Shown: positions 12,801-26,666 of the stretch, piece by piece
How positions within the stretch are numbered: position 1 is the first letter of the stretch
Layout of the letters: each line of letters opens with the position of its first letter
Source: the human T2T-CHM13v2.0 reference genome, Homo sapiens
DNA length: 64,000 bases
NCBI RefSeq assembly: GCF_009914755.1
Contig: NC_060926.1
Reading direction: 5' to 3' (one strand)
The notes under the pieces: model-generated
Seen by the model: only the letters and a program-made list of their open reading frames with translations
Told to the model about the DNA's origin: nothing
The model's database searches: none
Translations under genes and position numbers: made by a program

Positions 12801-13642
12801 CATGCTGTTGGGCTGCTGCTCAGCAAGTTTTGGAAAAGCTAATAAATACTATTTTCATTATAAACTACAGACATTTATAGGAAGTGAAGTACTAAGACTG
12901 GAGAAGAGAATTTAAATTTTGGTTAGAAAGTCTATCTAGTTTCAAGGAAAGGGCACAATTACAATCATTTAAAAGTTGCCTTCAGGCAGAATGTCATAAG
13001 AGAAAGAGCTGCTGTCTCCTTACAACCCTAACCCTTGGAGATGGGATGGAAATAAGAGGGATGATGATAGATTCCAGAGCCAACTAATAGCTATATAACA
13101 CATGCATAGCCAACAGCAATAACTAAAACTTGGAAAATGCTCAGGAAGACAGAATATGGCAAGATCCTGACATGTGTGGGGTAAATGACAGCCTAGTGAG
13201 GCAAAAGACCAGGAGTCAAATGTATAGCAGGTAGCATGATGGCTTTCTAGCTGTGCTCCTGTGTTTCACTTGCATTGCCCTAGGGGCATTATTATCCACT
13301 CACTGTCACGAGTATAAGAGCAATATAAGTTTCTGACTCTGAAGACACTGCAATATTACACAGAGATGAGATGTCCCTGGGCTGAGAAGAATTTTAACAT
13401 GTGCAGTTCAGCTTACCCATTTCCACCACTGTAGGATATATGAGCTCAACATGAGGAGGTAATTCTTGGAAAAGGGCAGTGAGTGCCTGGGTGAAGTACA
13501 GGGGGTTTCCTGAGGTCAAAGAGGAGGAACTCATACTACAACATGAAAGTTTATCTCACCTTAAGGGCTTCACCATACTTAGCTGATGGGTCAAAAGTCT
13601 CTTAACTCACCGAAGACAAAAAAAAAAAAAAAAAGCTATTAT

Positions 13643-13760
13643 TAGGCAAGAGGATTGCTTGAGCCCAGGAAGTTCAGGCTGCAGAGAGCAGTGTTCATGC
13701 CACTGCACTCCAGTCTGGAAGACAGAGTAAGACCCTGTCTCAAAAAAATAATAATAATTA
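13643..13760 (+). mobile_element. 5'-truncated Alu monomer (FRAM/FLAM/AluJ right arm)
   Basis: 'aggattgcttgagcccagga...ggctgcag...ccactgcactccagtctgg...gaccctgtctcaaaaaaa'. Confidence 0.85.
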
Positions 13761-13777
13761 ATTATAAACATTGGATA

Positions 13778-14172
13778 TGATAAAAACTTCAGCTGAGTTA
13801 AATTTAAAGGAGTTTAATTGAGTAGTGAACGACTGGTGAATTGGGCAGCCTCTTGAGCCCAGTATGCTCAGAGAGTCCAGCTTCACCACATGGTTGAAGA
13901 CTTATAGACAGAAAAAGGAAAGTAATGTACAGAAAACAGAAGTGAGGTGCAGAAAGAGCTGGATTGGTTACAGCTTGGCATTTGCCTTATTTGAACACAG
14001 TTCTAACAGTTGGCTACATTTGATTGGCCAGAACTCAGTGATTGGCACAAGTATATGCTAAGGTCTGTTTATTTTACACCTTCACTTGTTATAGTTCATG
14101 ATGTACAGAGAATCCTTTGGGCCAAACTTAAAATATGTAAGCAGGCAGCTTTAAGCTAAATTTGATTTAACA
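13778..14172 (-). mobile_element. ERV1 solo LTR, MER57 family
   Basis: Minus strand starts TGTTAAATCAAATTTAGCTTAAAGCTGCCTGCTTACATATTTTAAGTTTGGCC (MER57 5' end) and ends ...TCA; perfect 4-bp TSD GATA (13774-13777 / 14173-14176). Confidence 0.85.
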
Positions 14173-14176
14173 GATA

Positions 14177-15200
14177 TAAAAAATGTGAAAGTTGAAATAT
14201 GGAATTCAACGTTTGAATTAAACAATAAACTGGTAAAACAGAGTAAATTAGAATATTAAAAGATTAACAAATGTCTTATTTTAAAAGCCTCCAAAAACTG
14301 ATGAAGATAAGGGAAACATAAAGAAAAAGTAAGATCCTGCCGGGCGCGGTGGCTCACGCCTATAATCCCAACACTTTGGGAGGCCGAGGCGGGTTATCTG
14401 AGGTCAGGAATTCGAGACCAGCCTGGCCAACACGGTGAAAACCAGACTCAACTAAAAATATAAAAATTAGCTAGGTGTGGTGTCACGTGCCTGAAATCCT
14501 AGTTACTCGAGGCTGACGCAGGAGAATCACTTGAACCCGGGATGTGGAGGTTGCAGTGGGCTGAGCTCGTGCCACTGCACTCTTCACTCCAGCTTGGGCA
14601 ACAGAGTAAAACTCTGTCTCAAAACAAAACAAAGAGAGAAAAAGTAAGATTCATGGAGCCTAGAAGGAGTGTTCAATACCTGTGTAATCGAGTTATAAGT
14701 GGAGAGGAATAAATTAAATGGAAAATAGAAGCCTTAAATTAATAATGACTGAATGACAACTAGAATTAAAGATGTAAATTATCAGATTGATCTGTCACAG
14801 AGAGTCAAGAAGAGATAAATATGTGAAAAAAACAACAAACAAATCCCCACAACTAAGTGTGGTAAACAGAAATCTGAGAACATTAGAAACAAAGACAAAA
14901 TGTGAAATGCAGAGGAAAAGAGCAGACCAAACACAAATGGACAAATTTCAGATTGAAGACAGACTTAACGGAGATGCCATATCACAGAAAACAAAGGACA
15001 CATTTTCAAAATGTTAAAAAATATTTTAAAAATATTTTAACTTAGGTAAAAGAGTATCTGGAGAACAAACCTTTTAAAATTTACTGCACAAAGACTCTCC
15101 TTAATTGCCTTCTTGAATTCTGCCAAGAAAAATTTTTAATCTAAAAGAAATCAATAAAATATGGAAAGTAAAGTGAGTAAATAATCTACTGAAATATAGC
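14177..15200 (+). mobile_element. Ancient L1 ORF1 relic interrupted by an Alu
   Basis: A-rich degenerate ORF1-type sequence ('aatacctgtgtaatcgagtt', 'attatcagattga', 'gaaatgcagaggaaaagagcag'). Confidence 0.45.
14338..14636 (+). mobile_element. AluS element
   Basis: Full dimer; 16-bp TSD agaaaaagtaagat(c/t)c at 14322-14337 / 14637-14652; small internal duplication 'cactcttcactcc'. Confidence 0.95.
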
Positions 15201-15264
15201 ATCTGACATACATGTTAAATTGATTTAATGGAAATTTATTTCTATTCTTTACCTCTTACTCTAG

Positions 15265-15490
15265 TAATGGTCTTTTCAATGTGATTTCACAGCCTCACCT
15301 AATATGGTTTATCTTTACCTCTCCTGGGCTAGCCTCCTGATCTACTTTAACCAACAGAATGCTGCAGAAGCTGTGTGCTCTTTGAGAGCCTGGGTTCATC
15401 ATGAACTTCTGCTTGCTCTCCTAAAATCCTGATGCCAGCCTGCTGCATGATGAAAGACATGTGGTTTAGCCTTGAATAACCCACCCACTG
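15265..15490 (+). mobile_element. MaLR LTR fragment (MLT1H/I-like)
   Basis: 'ctttaaccaacagaatgctgcagaag...gagcctggg...cttctgcttgctctc...gccagcctgctg'. Confidence 0.5.
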
Positions 15491-15824
15491 GTTGTGACCT
15501 GAACTTTAAAAAATTTTTTTTTACTTCCTATCATTTTCACAAATGGATGGCTCCAATTTCATTGAAGAGTCCATGACAGGGTGGTATGCCATAGTGTTTT
15601 CTCAACCATTCTTCCAGTTGTAGACACTTGTAACTGAAAAGAAACTTAGGGTTCATGCTCCTGTCTAAACTTTTAGATGCTTCTCTTAATTCAGACAATC
15701 TGTCAGTTTGTCTGAGACAGATCCCTGTGTTTCTCAGGTCAGACATTGGTGACTGTTTGTTCAGAACTCTTTACTTCCAGTCAATCCAATCTATTATTTA
15801 TTTGGAAGCATGGACAGAGGCTTT

Positions 15825-15884
15825 CACACACACACACACCCACACCCACACCCACCCACACAAACACACACACACACGCACACA
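15825..15884. repeat. (CA)n/(CACACC)n microsatellite
   Basis: Directly visible. Confidence 0.9.
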
Positions 15885-16088
15885 CTTTGGTTTACCTTTG
15901 TCTTAATATAATTTACATCACATTTATTGAGTGCTTTTCAACAATGTTTGCAGCGAAAAATGTCACAGAACAACAGCAAATACAAAATGATGGTCTTTTT
16001 AAGGTGCTGTAAGGACATAATAGGAAATTAGTTTGAAATGTCTACATTTCTCATAATTTTCTCATAATACCATAATTTGGTATTATGA

Positions 16089-16532
<444 letters not shown>

Positions 16533-18330
16533 TAATTGCTGCTTTTTAATAATCAATTGACTGTTTCCTTTTAGTCAAAAACTAATTTATTCATTCAGAA
16601 ACACCAACCTAATAGAGTTACCACTAAGTCAACGCTACCATAAATCAACCCCAGAAGGTAGAATTTTTTGATAGACTTGGCATGAGTGAAAAGCAAGCTC
16701 TATACTTTCTTAGGATTCTACTTGTGGGTAATCATAGGACATCAGGGCGTATCACTTTGCAGTAGGCTGGTAGGAGTTTGTTCTTTGGATATCATTTTCC
16801 AAATCACATTAAACAAGCCTAATGCACTCTGGTGGGCCTTTTATTACTGTCTTACTGTCTGTAATTGCCTTTAAAGCAAACAGAATGGAATCCCTGAAAA
16901 TCATTGTTATTTATATATTTACAAAAAAAAATCTATGCAGCTCGAAGTAAGTGGAAGTTACCGGTATAGCAAATCTGACATGGTAAGGTATGACAGCTCT
17001 GAGGATTTCCATAGGAAAGAGTCATTTTAAATTAACATAGATTGAAAATCTTTGTACTGCTTGCATTTTTTTTTTTAGGCCTGAGCACTTTAAGTATTTA
17101 AGTCTAAATTGATTTGTTAGTCCTGAGTGTTGCTGGCAGAAAATCCAGTGAAAGTTGCCAATATTTAAACATGAATTTTCACAGGAACAGATATTACATT
17201 TCTTTACATTACAGGCAGACCAAAGGAAAAAAAATAGGTAAAATGAAGCCCTACTGAATAAAATATTATTAACATAAAAACAGAGTACTTAATTTACAAT
17301 AGAACCATACCATGATGTAAACAATAAAAATAATATTTCTAGATGCAAACTTCACATAGTAAAGGCTTTCAATTATCTTTTATAATTATTTATCAAATTA
17401 ATTAATTTGGATACATTTTAAATGCTAAGAAGATGAGTTGTATAATTAACATGTAGGTGGTGTGACTTTAGATATTTCAATTTTGAGCAAAGAGTACCAA
17501 AAAGTTTAGCTATTTCTCCACACCATAGTAACTAAACTGTGTGTGGCCTTTACACGTTTAAAATACTTATAGAAATAATTCAAAATTTTACCAAAAATAT
17601 AATCTTAAACTTTTAATTAAAACTTTTCAAGGAAAAAAATTCTAAATCAATGATTAATTCATTAAGGATAGAAGGAAAAAATATAGCACGAAAATCTTAA
17701 TTGATAAAGTATGAATGTGTTCATTTTTATGTGACTGAATGCATACCATTCTAGGAGAATAGCCCTTAAAGGGGAAAAATAGCAAAACGTGCATATGATG
17801 ATGGTAGCAACAGAAGTTATGCATCTAGTGTGGCTTATCTTATTTTTATGCAGCTGTAGCTTTTGTAAACACACATGCACACACACAGACATTTTATATT
17901 TCCTTTATAGAAGCTGACAACATTTTATTACTATTGGTTAATAAAGCCATCATATCTCAAATCTTTGAAAAAATGAAGGTGGTCTAATTTAGGAAAAAAA
18001 TCTCTAAGTCAGTATTACCTCTTGAGAATATTCAAGGCCAAATAAATGGATTCTAAATCCTCTGATTTCCCTTTGTGCTGTGCACATATATGAAGTTATA
18101 AACAGAACTAAAAACCCCTTTTAGGTGTGTTCATAATTATATAGGGAATTTTATAGTTGTAAACACCTTGCGTTAATGGAAACAGCATTTTTAAGAGATA
18201 AACAAACAAAGCATGTTGTTTCCAAAAGTAATAATGTTGAAAGCTAATGCATTACATCACACATTTGGGCTATTCATATTATATTTAATTGAACCTTATA
18301 ATACCCCATTAGTGCTGATAAACTTTAATA

Positions 18331-18640
<310 letters not shown>

Positions 18641-19779
18641 GATGAACTTTGATACATTTTTATTATGCACATGACATGATAAGGCAATATATAAATGCTG
18701 CTGAAACATAAGGATGAATAAAATACTATTGTTGCATCCTACACGCTTGACAGTCAAATAATAAATGGACTCTTTTTTAACCTCTACTAACTAGGGTAAA
18801 AGTAGAAGAAAACCTTATTTTTTTTTTGTCCCCACTAAGTGCTGCAACCTGATAAGGGATTTGATCTTCCACACATTTAGAGAAGAGTCAGCTAAATTTC
18901 AGGTACTTTCCCTCATTTGTTTATTGTAATCAATTCATCCTTGATGATAAAACAACCAAGTAAATATGTTTGGTTGTTAAGACCCAAGGATAGTTTTATT
19001 TCATTAATGTAACTATGCAGTACAGTTTCATAATAAGACTGAAACTGTATCTAATTTAGATTTCCATTTCAGTATATTTTAGGCCTATCCCATGGAGAAG
19101 TCACATTTTGTGGGCCCTTCATGATCAGGAACTGTGGGATTGGAGTTTTCTAAAAGATCAAGTCACTGCTCTGAGAATGTTTAACCTAAATATTAATAAT
19201 ATGATGAAATGTATTATGGTAATATATCAAACTCAACTTTTGTTTTGAATTATTTATTTTTATTAAATAAGGAGCAAATGTTAACGTAATTTTGATCCAG
19301 GAGTCTCATCTGATTGCTGAGGAAGTCCTTGAGAAAAACAATGTCACCATCAAATACAAGTTCTCATGTCTGGTTAATTTTGTTAGATTATCCTTTCTCT
19401 AAGAGCCATTATACGCTTAAAGTTATTTTAAGTATATTAAAATGTTAAAAGTACACAGAAAACCAAATACAGGAAGCCTGTATCAGTGATTAGAAACCTT
19501 GAATTGAAAGAAACCTTTTAAACATACGATTATGTTTAAAATCTTGTTACATTTTAAAATATGTATGTAAAATATTATAAATATCTTGAATTCCTTCAGT
19601 GGAAATTTACATAAGCGTTTTATCTGTCTATTAAAACTTTACAATATAATGATGTTTCTGTATGACAATGCCTTCCGAACAAATAACTAAGGAAAACTTT
19701 ATGTTTTTTTTTTGACATTGTAGTTAATGCGCATGTTTTTTATTTTCTTTTAAAAGAACTTTAAGGAAACTTTTCATTT

Positions 19780-19787
19780 TGTGTGTA

Positions 19788-19821
<34 letters not shown>

Positions 19822-19825
19822 TGTG
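19780..19825. repeat. (TG)n microsatellite
   Basis: Directly visible. Confidence 0.9.
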
Positions 19826-21474
19826 AATACATATGCATGTGGCATATATATATATTTCTTGCTATGTTAATTATATATTTTGTTTGTGAAAATGTATGTC
19901 TATTTTTCAAAATTATTGACTTTTGTCTGGGGAATATAAGCAAAAGATTCTAAAATATTTCAAACACTAGAAAGCAACATGCCTCTTGCTTCCAAGAGGT
20001 AGAACTTAGCATGAAGGGTACAGGATTCACGTTCAAGTGATAAGAAAATGTATCTCTTCTGTCCTGTGCAGAGTCACCTATATTTACCTCTTGCTGCAGT
20101 AGCCTAAATCTCCCTGCCCCTATCTTTTTGCTTAATGTTTTATTCTCAACTCAGTAGCCAGTGTAATTCTTTAAATGTTTAAATCAGTCAACCTTAATTC
20201 TCCAGATCTCGCTCTACTTTTTCTGAGAATTTGACCTTCATAACTTTAAAATTATTTGCTAAACCTTGACACTGGATAAGATCTCTGATTCATATGAGTC
20301 TGATTTGACAACAAGATCCTATGTGTTAGAGTGAGCTTTGTTTTAAACTATTGAAAATTCTTAAAAGTGTCAAAACTGAAGTTTTGAGTACTGTCATTCT
20401 GCACTGTTTTATTAAGATTTTCCAATGGATATTGAATATAATGGAAGTAGATTGAGAGATATGATTTAGGACATCTAGTATATTTTAAAGACAAAACCTG
20501 ACGTATAATATAGTTCTTGAAAAAATTAAATATTTCAAAACCCCAATTGATCACGGATAGGTTTTTATCAAGGAGGAAGCTGTTATACCGCTGCTGAAGG
20601 ACATGTGTGCATCTTCAACATGAACTGTTTTACAGAAAAAAACTGTAAAAATCTAATTACCCTGTGTGTGTGTAACAATATTTGCACATTTTGACAATTA
20701 TAGCTTGAATTTAGATGGGTAAATTTTGCTTTCTTTTGGTTGCAATTTTAAATTATGTCTGCACTGTAAACAGTTTCTGGCATATTTCTGTTCCAAAGGT
20801 TTCATAGTTTAGAAAGAAGACTGTTTTTAACATGACATTCTACTCTATCAAATGTTTTAGCTATAATAACAAAAATATAACTATCTTCAATATTGAACAT
20901 TTATAACAGTCTCACTAATTTCAGATGTTTCAATTATTACAGAATGAATTCCTATAAACTTTATTCTCATTCCGTGAATTATATGAGAAAATGAAAGATT
21001 ATTAGAATTCTCTAATTTCCTATTTGAACCATCCAACAACATCCCTTTAAAACTGCCATCTTTTAACTCTTTGTTAATGAATCAAGAATATCAGTAGTTT
21101 ATACCTTGTGGCAAACAGTCTGAATGCAACACAAAACTTGGATTAAAAATGAGCTTAATTAGAACTATTATTTAATCTAAGTGAAAAGCCATGCTTCATT
21201 CATTAATATAGCAGCCCCTTTGCTAATGCACATATTAAATAGTTATCTTTAGGTCCAGTGTTTTTAAAATAATGATGGAAGATGCAGTTGTTTCTTCAGT
21301 TGAGTTGTGTTTTCTGATTTGTGCTTTTTTTAATGTAAAATATATGTCTTCTGATTTCTTATGATAGTAATATAAGTATAGTTCCTATTCTGGGTGTGAA
21401 ATGTCTACAAACACTTTGTCTAACTTACACAGTAATCACCATTGTCTTAAAAATAGAAAATCATTAAACATGCT

Positions 21475-21710
21475 CTTGTGTGGTTGAGTCAAGGTCTCAT
21501 TCTGTTGCCCAGGCTGGAATGCAATGGCGCAATGACATCTCACTGCAGCATTGATATCCTGGGCTCAAATGATTCTCCTACCTCAATCTCCTGAGTAGCT
21601 GGGATTACAGGTGCCTCCCTGTGTCTGGTGTCAGACTCCTAGGCTCAAGCAATCCACCCATCTCAGACTCCCAAAGTTCTGAGATTACAGGCATGAGACA
21701 CCATATCCGG
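21475..21710 (-). mobile_element. AluJ with internal deletion of the linker region
   Basis: 'aggtctcattctgttgcccagg', 'tcactgcagc', 'ctaggctcaagcaatcc'; exact 10-bp TSD taaacatgct (21465-21474 / 21711-21720); only ~236 bp. Confidence 0.88.
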
Positions 21711-22177
21711 TAAACATGCTTTATTTTTTGAGCTCATTCCTGTTAGATGATCTATTGCAAAACCGAAAGACATTATCTAATCATAACATGGGTAGTTGCA
21801 GTTTTATACCAAAAAATGACTGCAACACCAATGTGACAGATTCAGACAACTTTCTATATGCCATATAGCTTGAATAATCAGCCTCCACTTCCTGCATTTT
21901 TTTCACATATGCCTAACTTCCCATGTTTCCAATTGGCTCCACCAATTTGGTGGCCTATGACTGTCTATAAAACTGTCTAGTATGCCTAGTGGCTCAGCTG
22001 ACAGCAGCATCAAATACTTATGTCATCACCATCCAAACCCAAAAGGAATTAGCTTTTCGTAATTGTTCTTATCTGAGGCAAATCCCATTTTATCATCCAG
22101 CCCTATATATACTCTCCTGGAAGTAAAAAGGTGTCAGAGAAGAGTTATAAATGAATTTTTTAAATAATCATATTTTG

Positions 22178-23124
22178 TTTGTTTGTTTTTCTGTGCCATA
22201 AGATTTTTTTGCCCTTTTTAAAAAAATTATTATTATACTTTAAGTTTTAGGGTACACGTGCACAATGTGCAGGTTAGTTACATATGTATACATGTGCCAT
22301 GCTGGTGTGCTGCACCCATTAACTCGTCATGTAGCATTAGGTATATCTCCTAATGCTATCCCTCCCCCCTCCCCCCACCCCACAACAGTCCCCAGAGTGT
22401 GATGTTCCCCTTCCTGTGTCCATGTGTTCTCCTTGTTCAATTCCCACCTATGAGTGAGAACATGCGGTGTTTGGTTTTTTGTCCTTGCGATAGGTTACTG
22501 AGAATGATGATTTCCAATTTCATCCATGTCCCTACAAAGGACATGAACTCATCCTTTTTTATGGCTGCATAGTATTCCATGGTGTATATGTGCCACATTT
22601 TCTTAATCCAGTCTATCATTGTTGGACATTTGGATTGGTTCCAAGTCTTTGCTATTGTGAATAATGCCGCAATAAACATACGTGTGCATGTGTCTTTATA
22701 GCAGCATGATTTATAGTCCTTTGGGTATATACCCAGTAATGGGATGGCTGGGTCAAATGGTATTCTAGTTCTAGATCCCTGAGGAATAACCACACTGACT
22801 TCCACAATGGTTGAACTAGTTTGCAGTCCCACCAACAGTGTAAAAGTGTTCCTATTTCTCCACATCCTCCCCAGCACCTGTTGTTTCCTGACTTTTTAAT
22901 GATTGCCGTTCTAACTGGTGTGAGATGGTATCTCATTGTGGTTTTGATTTGCATTTCTCTGATGGCCAGTGATGGTGAGCATTTTTTCATGTGTTTTTTG
23001 GCTGCATAAATGTCTTCTTTTGAGAAGTGTCTGTTCATGTCCTTCACCCACTTTTTGATGGGGTTTTTTGTTTTTTTCTTGTAAATTTGTTTGAGTTCAT
23101 TGTAGATTCTGGATATTAGCCCTT
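22178..23124 (-). mobile_element. 5'-truncated young L1 (L1PA3-like) with ORF2 C-terminus, 3'UTR and a short 3' transduction
   Basis: ORF track gives ORF2p C-terminal peptides (…MRYHLTPVR…, …[51 protein letters not shown]…); 3'UTR 'ggttagttacatatgtatac…tcctaatgctatccc'; 13-bp TSD taatcatattttg. Confidence 0.95.
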
Positions 23125-23429
23125 ATTTAATCATATTTTGAATTAATATGAACTGAAAGTTCAAAGTTGAGGTCTACTTACTCCATAGTTGCACATAATA
23201 GTCTGTTAAAAAAAATGAAAGAAAAAAGAATCCAAGACAAAATCTAAACCAGGATAAATATTGATCTCAATTTGAATAAACACTGGGACAGCAGGAATGA
23301 GTAAGCAAATAAGGATAAATGGTCATGAAGACTCCATTCTCACTTTTCTCTAATACAAGAAATAATTTTCCAAAGTTAATGAATGGGGAACATAAGAAGT
23401 TACCATACTTGTGGCTCCATATGCCTGAA

Positions 23430-23783
23430 ATGCATGGAAAACTTTCATGCCTCCTGACAATTACCAGTATTTCCAAGCCCTTCCTTGAAGTTAGGTTGGG
23501 ACCATGTGACTATTCTGGCCAAAGGGCAGAGAGTATGTGTGCTATTTATGGTCTGAAGTATTAAAGGTGAACTGTGCCTACTCTGTTGCTCTTTTCTACC
23601 TCAAATGTCTTTTTGAGTCCACAGGATAAAAACAACCTGAACTTCTGTCATAACCTGGAAGAGTAACTTGTATCATGTACACATGTCATAAGAATTTAAG
23701 TAAAAATATTTGGGGTAAAATCCTGAGATTATGATTTTTTTAATCACTACAGCCTCTTCTAGAGTAGCACCTCTTGACAAATA
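23430..23783 (+). mobile_element. MaLR LTR (MLT1I/J-like)
   Basis: 'tttccaagcccttccttgaagttaggttgggaccatgtgactattctggccaa' and 3' 'aatcctgagatt...ttgacaaataat'. Confidence 0.6.
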
Positions 23784-23784
23784 A

Positions 23785-24105
23785 TGCTTCTCCCAACATT
23801 CCCATTGTCTGCTCACTCACATTTTCAGGTTGTGTTCAAATACTCTCTCGGGGTAGATCTTCGTTGACCATTCTACCATGCTATTTAAAATACTGCTTAC
23901 TGATGACACTTTTTTCTCCTTTAAGTTTCTTCACAATATGTTTCACAACATTGACTTGCATTACATAGTTATGTGTGTACTTATTTATTACATGAAGAGT
24001 CTGATGGAACCTAAGCTCTTTGAGGACTTTCTGTGGTCTTATACTGAATCCCCTGTAACAAAAATAGAATTACATACTTAGTAGATGTTGGCACACATTA
24101 GTAAC
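23785..24105 (+). mobile_element. L2 3' fragment
   Basis: 'cactcacattttcagg...tcaaat', 'taagctctttgagg...ctgaatcccc...agtagatgt'. Confidence 0.5.
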
Positions 24106-26666
24106 TTCTACATATATGAAGAAATTCTCATTCTTTGGGGAAGATGGAGGTTAGCCTTCCAGGGAAAGATTTTGTTGTCTCAGGGACCTTCTTACCTAAA
24201 GTTGTGGCTGCCATTAAAATCAGAGAACATGCAGAAGACTTCAATTGGCATCAGAGTTGGGCATGACATGGGCATTGGGTAAGCGGACACAAAGCCTGAG
24301 CAGCAAAAAGACACAACCAATGTAGGGGTGTAGAGGTGGGCAGCAAAAAGACAAACAAGAAAATTAAGCAGGTGAAGAAATAGTGAGGAAAAGCCTAGAA
24401 ATTTGTCTGAAGAAATTCTATTTTCCATGGATATTGTTGTTGTTGCTGTTGCTGTTGCTCCTGCTATCTTTTGGGGTAATTAGGAAGAGTCATTTTTACT
24501 GAGATTATTACTAGTGGAGATATTATCATATTAGCTGTCTAATAAGTCAATATTAGAAATTTATACAGAAGAGCCATGATAAAATTATAAAACATTGCCA
24601 AGGTTAGACAATATGATTTTCTGTGCATTTTTTATCTTGCTAAATGGAAGATTTCCTGTGAACTAGATTTAGCACTTATTTTGAGCACTGTGACAGGTTT
24701 ATATTTTAGAGGAAGTGAAAAATTTGTTTAAAATTACCAATATCAAACAATCAGGTGTTAAATCATGAAAACAAAAATGATTAAGGGAAGGCTTGGTAAC
24801 TCTTTAAGCTGTTATAGATAAACTACAGGCTGGCTTTCCTTTTGCAACCTGCAAAGTAAACATACTTGGTTAGCATATCTAGAAGATCATTATTATTTAA
24901 ATATTAAAAATAAAAATATGTAAAATATTAAAAATTCTAATCTAATTAGATTTCATAGTTACATAGACTTCTACCCTCACGGAAATCTTTCTTATTTTTT
25001 AGTCAAATCAAAATTTAAACAGAATTTTAATTTTATAATAAATGAGTCAAGTTACAAATACTTTTAATTGGTTTACTTGGTAGCTTAAAGGAGCAACAAC
25101 ATCTCAATTTCATTGTACTCTTGATTTCCTGTTAATAATTACATTTTACTGTTTAGATTTCCTGTTAACAATTACACAATCAGTTAAATTGAAAATTCTG
25201 GCATTAATTCTTCCAAGGTTTCCCAAAGAGTGTGCTGACAATTCTCATTCATGAAATTTTACAATGCTGTGATATAATAATAAAAGTTTTTCTTAATTGC
25301 ATTTTACTGCTAAAAGACATTTGTGCATTTTGTGAGCTTTTAGAAGGCAGCATTCTGCTTCTTTATTGATACTGTAAATTGACACATTATATTTTCTCAG
25401 TACATTACAAGTATTTCCCAAAATAATAAGATAATAGACTAGGTAATTATTATCCAGCACGCTGAGATGTATATGTGTAACTATACCCACAACCATAGGC
25501 ATTTTAAGCAAGAAAGAATGAATTAAAAATGCTACACTATTATCTTTTTTAGTTTATAGAGATTGAAAACTACTTCAATTAACAGATTAAATTTGTTAAA
25601 GAAATTTTGTATGTTTTGCAGTATACAGTTACATTGTTACCTGCTTCTATTCAAGCTAAAATATTAAAAATATCCCATAATAATATGTAAAATATAAATA
25701 TTTCTATGTATTTTTAACTTTTCTTTTTCCTGTCAAATTTTATACATTTTCTTAAAACTCATTTTAAATCAGAAATATTACAGCTCAAGTAAAATCATCA
25801 CATGCACAATTCCTGAGCCAAGGACAATTCTCACATACATTCTCTGAATCTAATTTTGATCTTTTTGAGATGCTTGTAGCATATGTACTTTTTCTTAAAC
25901 ACACTTACAAGTTCTTGTATCAGTATAATTTTGTAAATATCCTTGCATTTTTATTAAATTAATGAAAAATGTCTACCTAAATATTTCTAGGACTATAAAC
26001 ACTCAGAAGCATTGATTTATTGAAGTCACATTTTTCCTCACATATTTCATAAAGCAATTTTGAAACTAGAAACTAGAACAATGAATTTGTAAGCTCAGGC
26101 TTAATTTGTGCTTCAATGTAGAGAAAAAATTTTGACCAAAGGGAAGCAGTGAAGCTCTTCCATATCACAAGGAAAATAACCAACAAAATGTATCTCTTTT
26201 TAATTTGGTTCCATGGTACAGCAAAAATGCAAGTTTTTTTCCCAACTTCTTTTGTTCCACTTTTATAACAATTATGGTAAATCTAATAGGAAAAAAGGCT
26301 CCCTCCCCATATAAGCTGAAAAAGCCTGAAAGTCTTATTAACTGGAAGCATTTATGGACACTTAGGTAATGTTTCAGAACTTATCTTTCACTAGGCTAAC
26401 CAATGTTTTTTTGCTTAATGAATATATTTGTCCAGAAGTGACGCCAGTTGTGCAATCTGGATTTCCTAGACAATATGTTAGGTGATAACAGAACTTTCTC
26501 TTTCTTCTAGCAGGAGGAAGTTGCAATTGAACTCATCTTCCCAGAGCCCAGAGTGGTTTTCTCGCTCCCGTAAGAGGTAGCTGCTACTTATCAAAGGTTC
26601 CAGCTCTCTAGATGCTACAAACACGAAGTTATTTCAATAATACATATCTAAACCAGACTGCAAGGC

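Noticed and set aside
22437-23047. 131- and 146-aa ORFs
   Set aside because: Frameshifted C-terminus of L1 ORF2p in a 5'-truncated copy; not a functional gene
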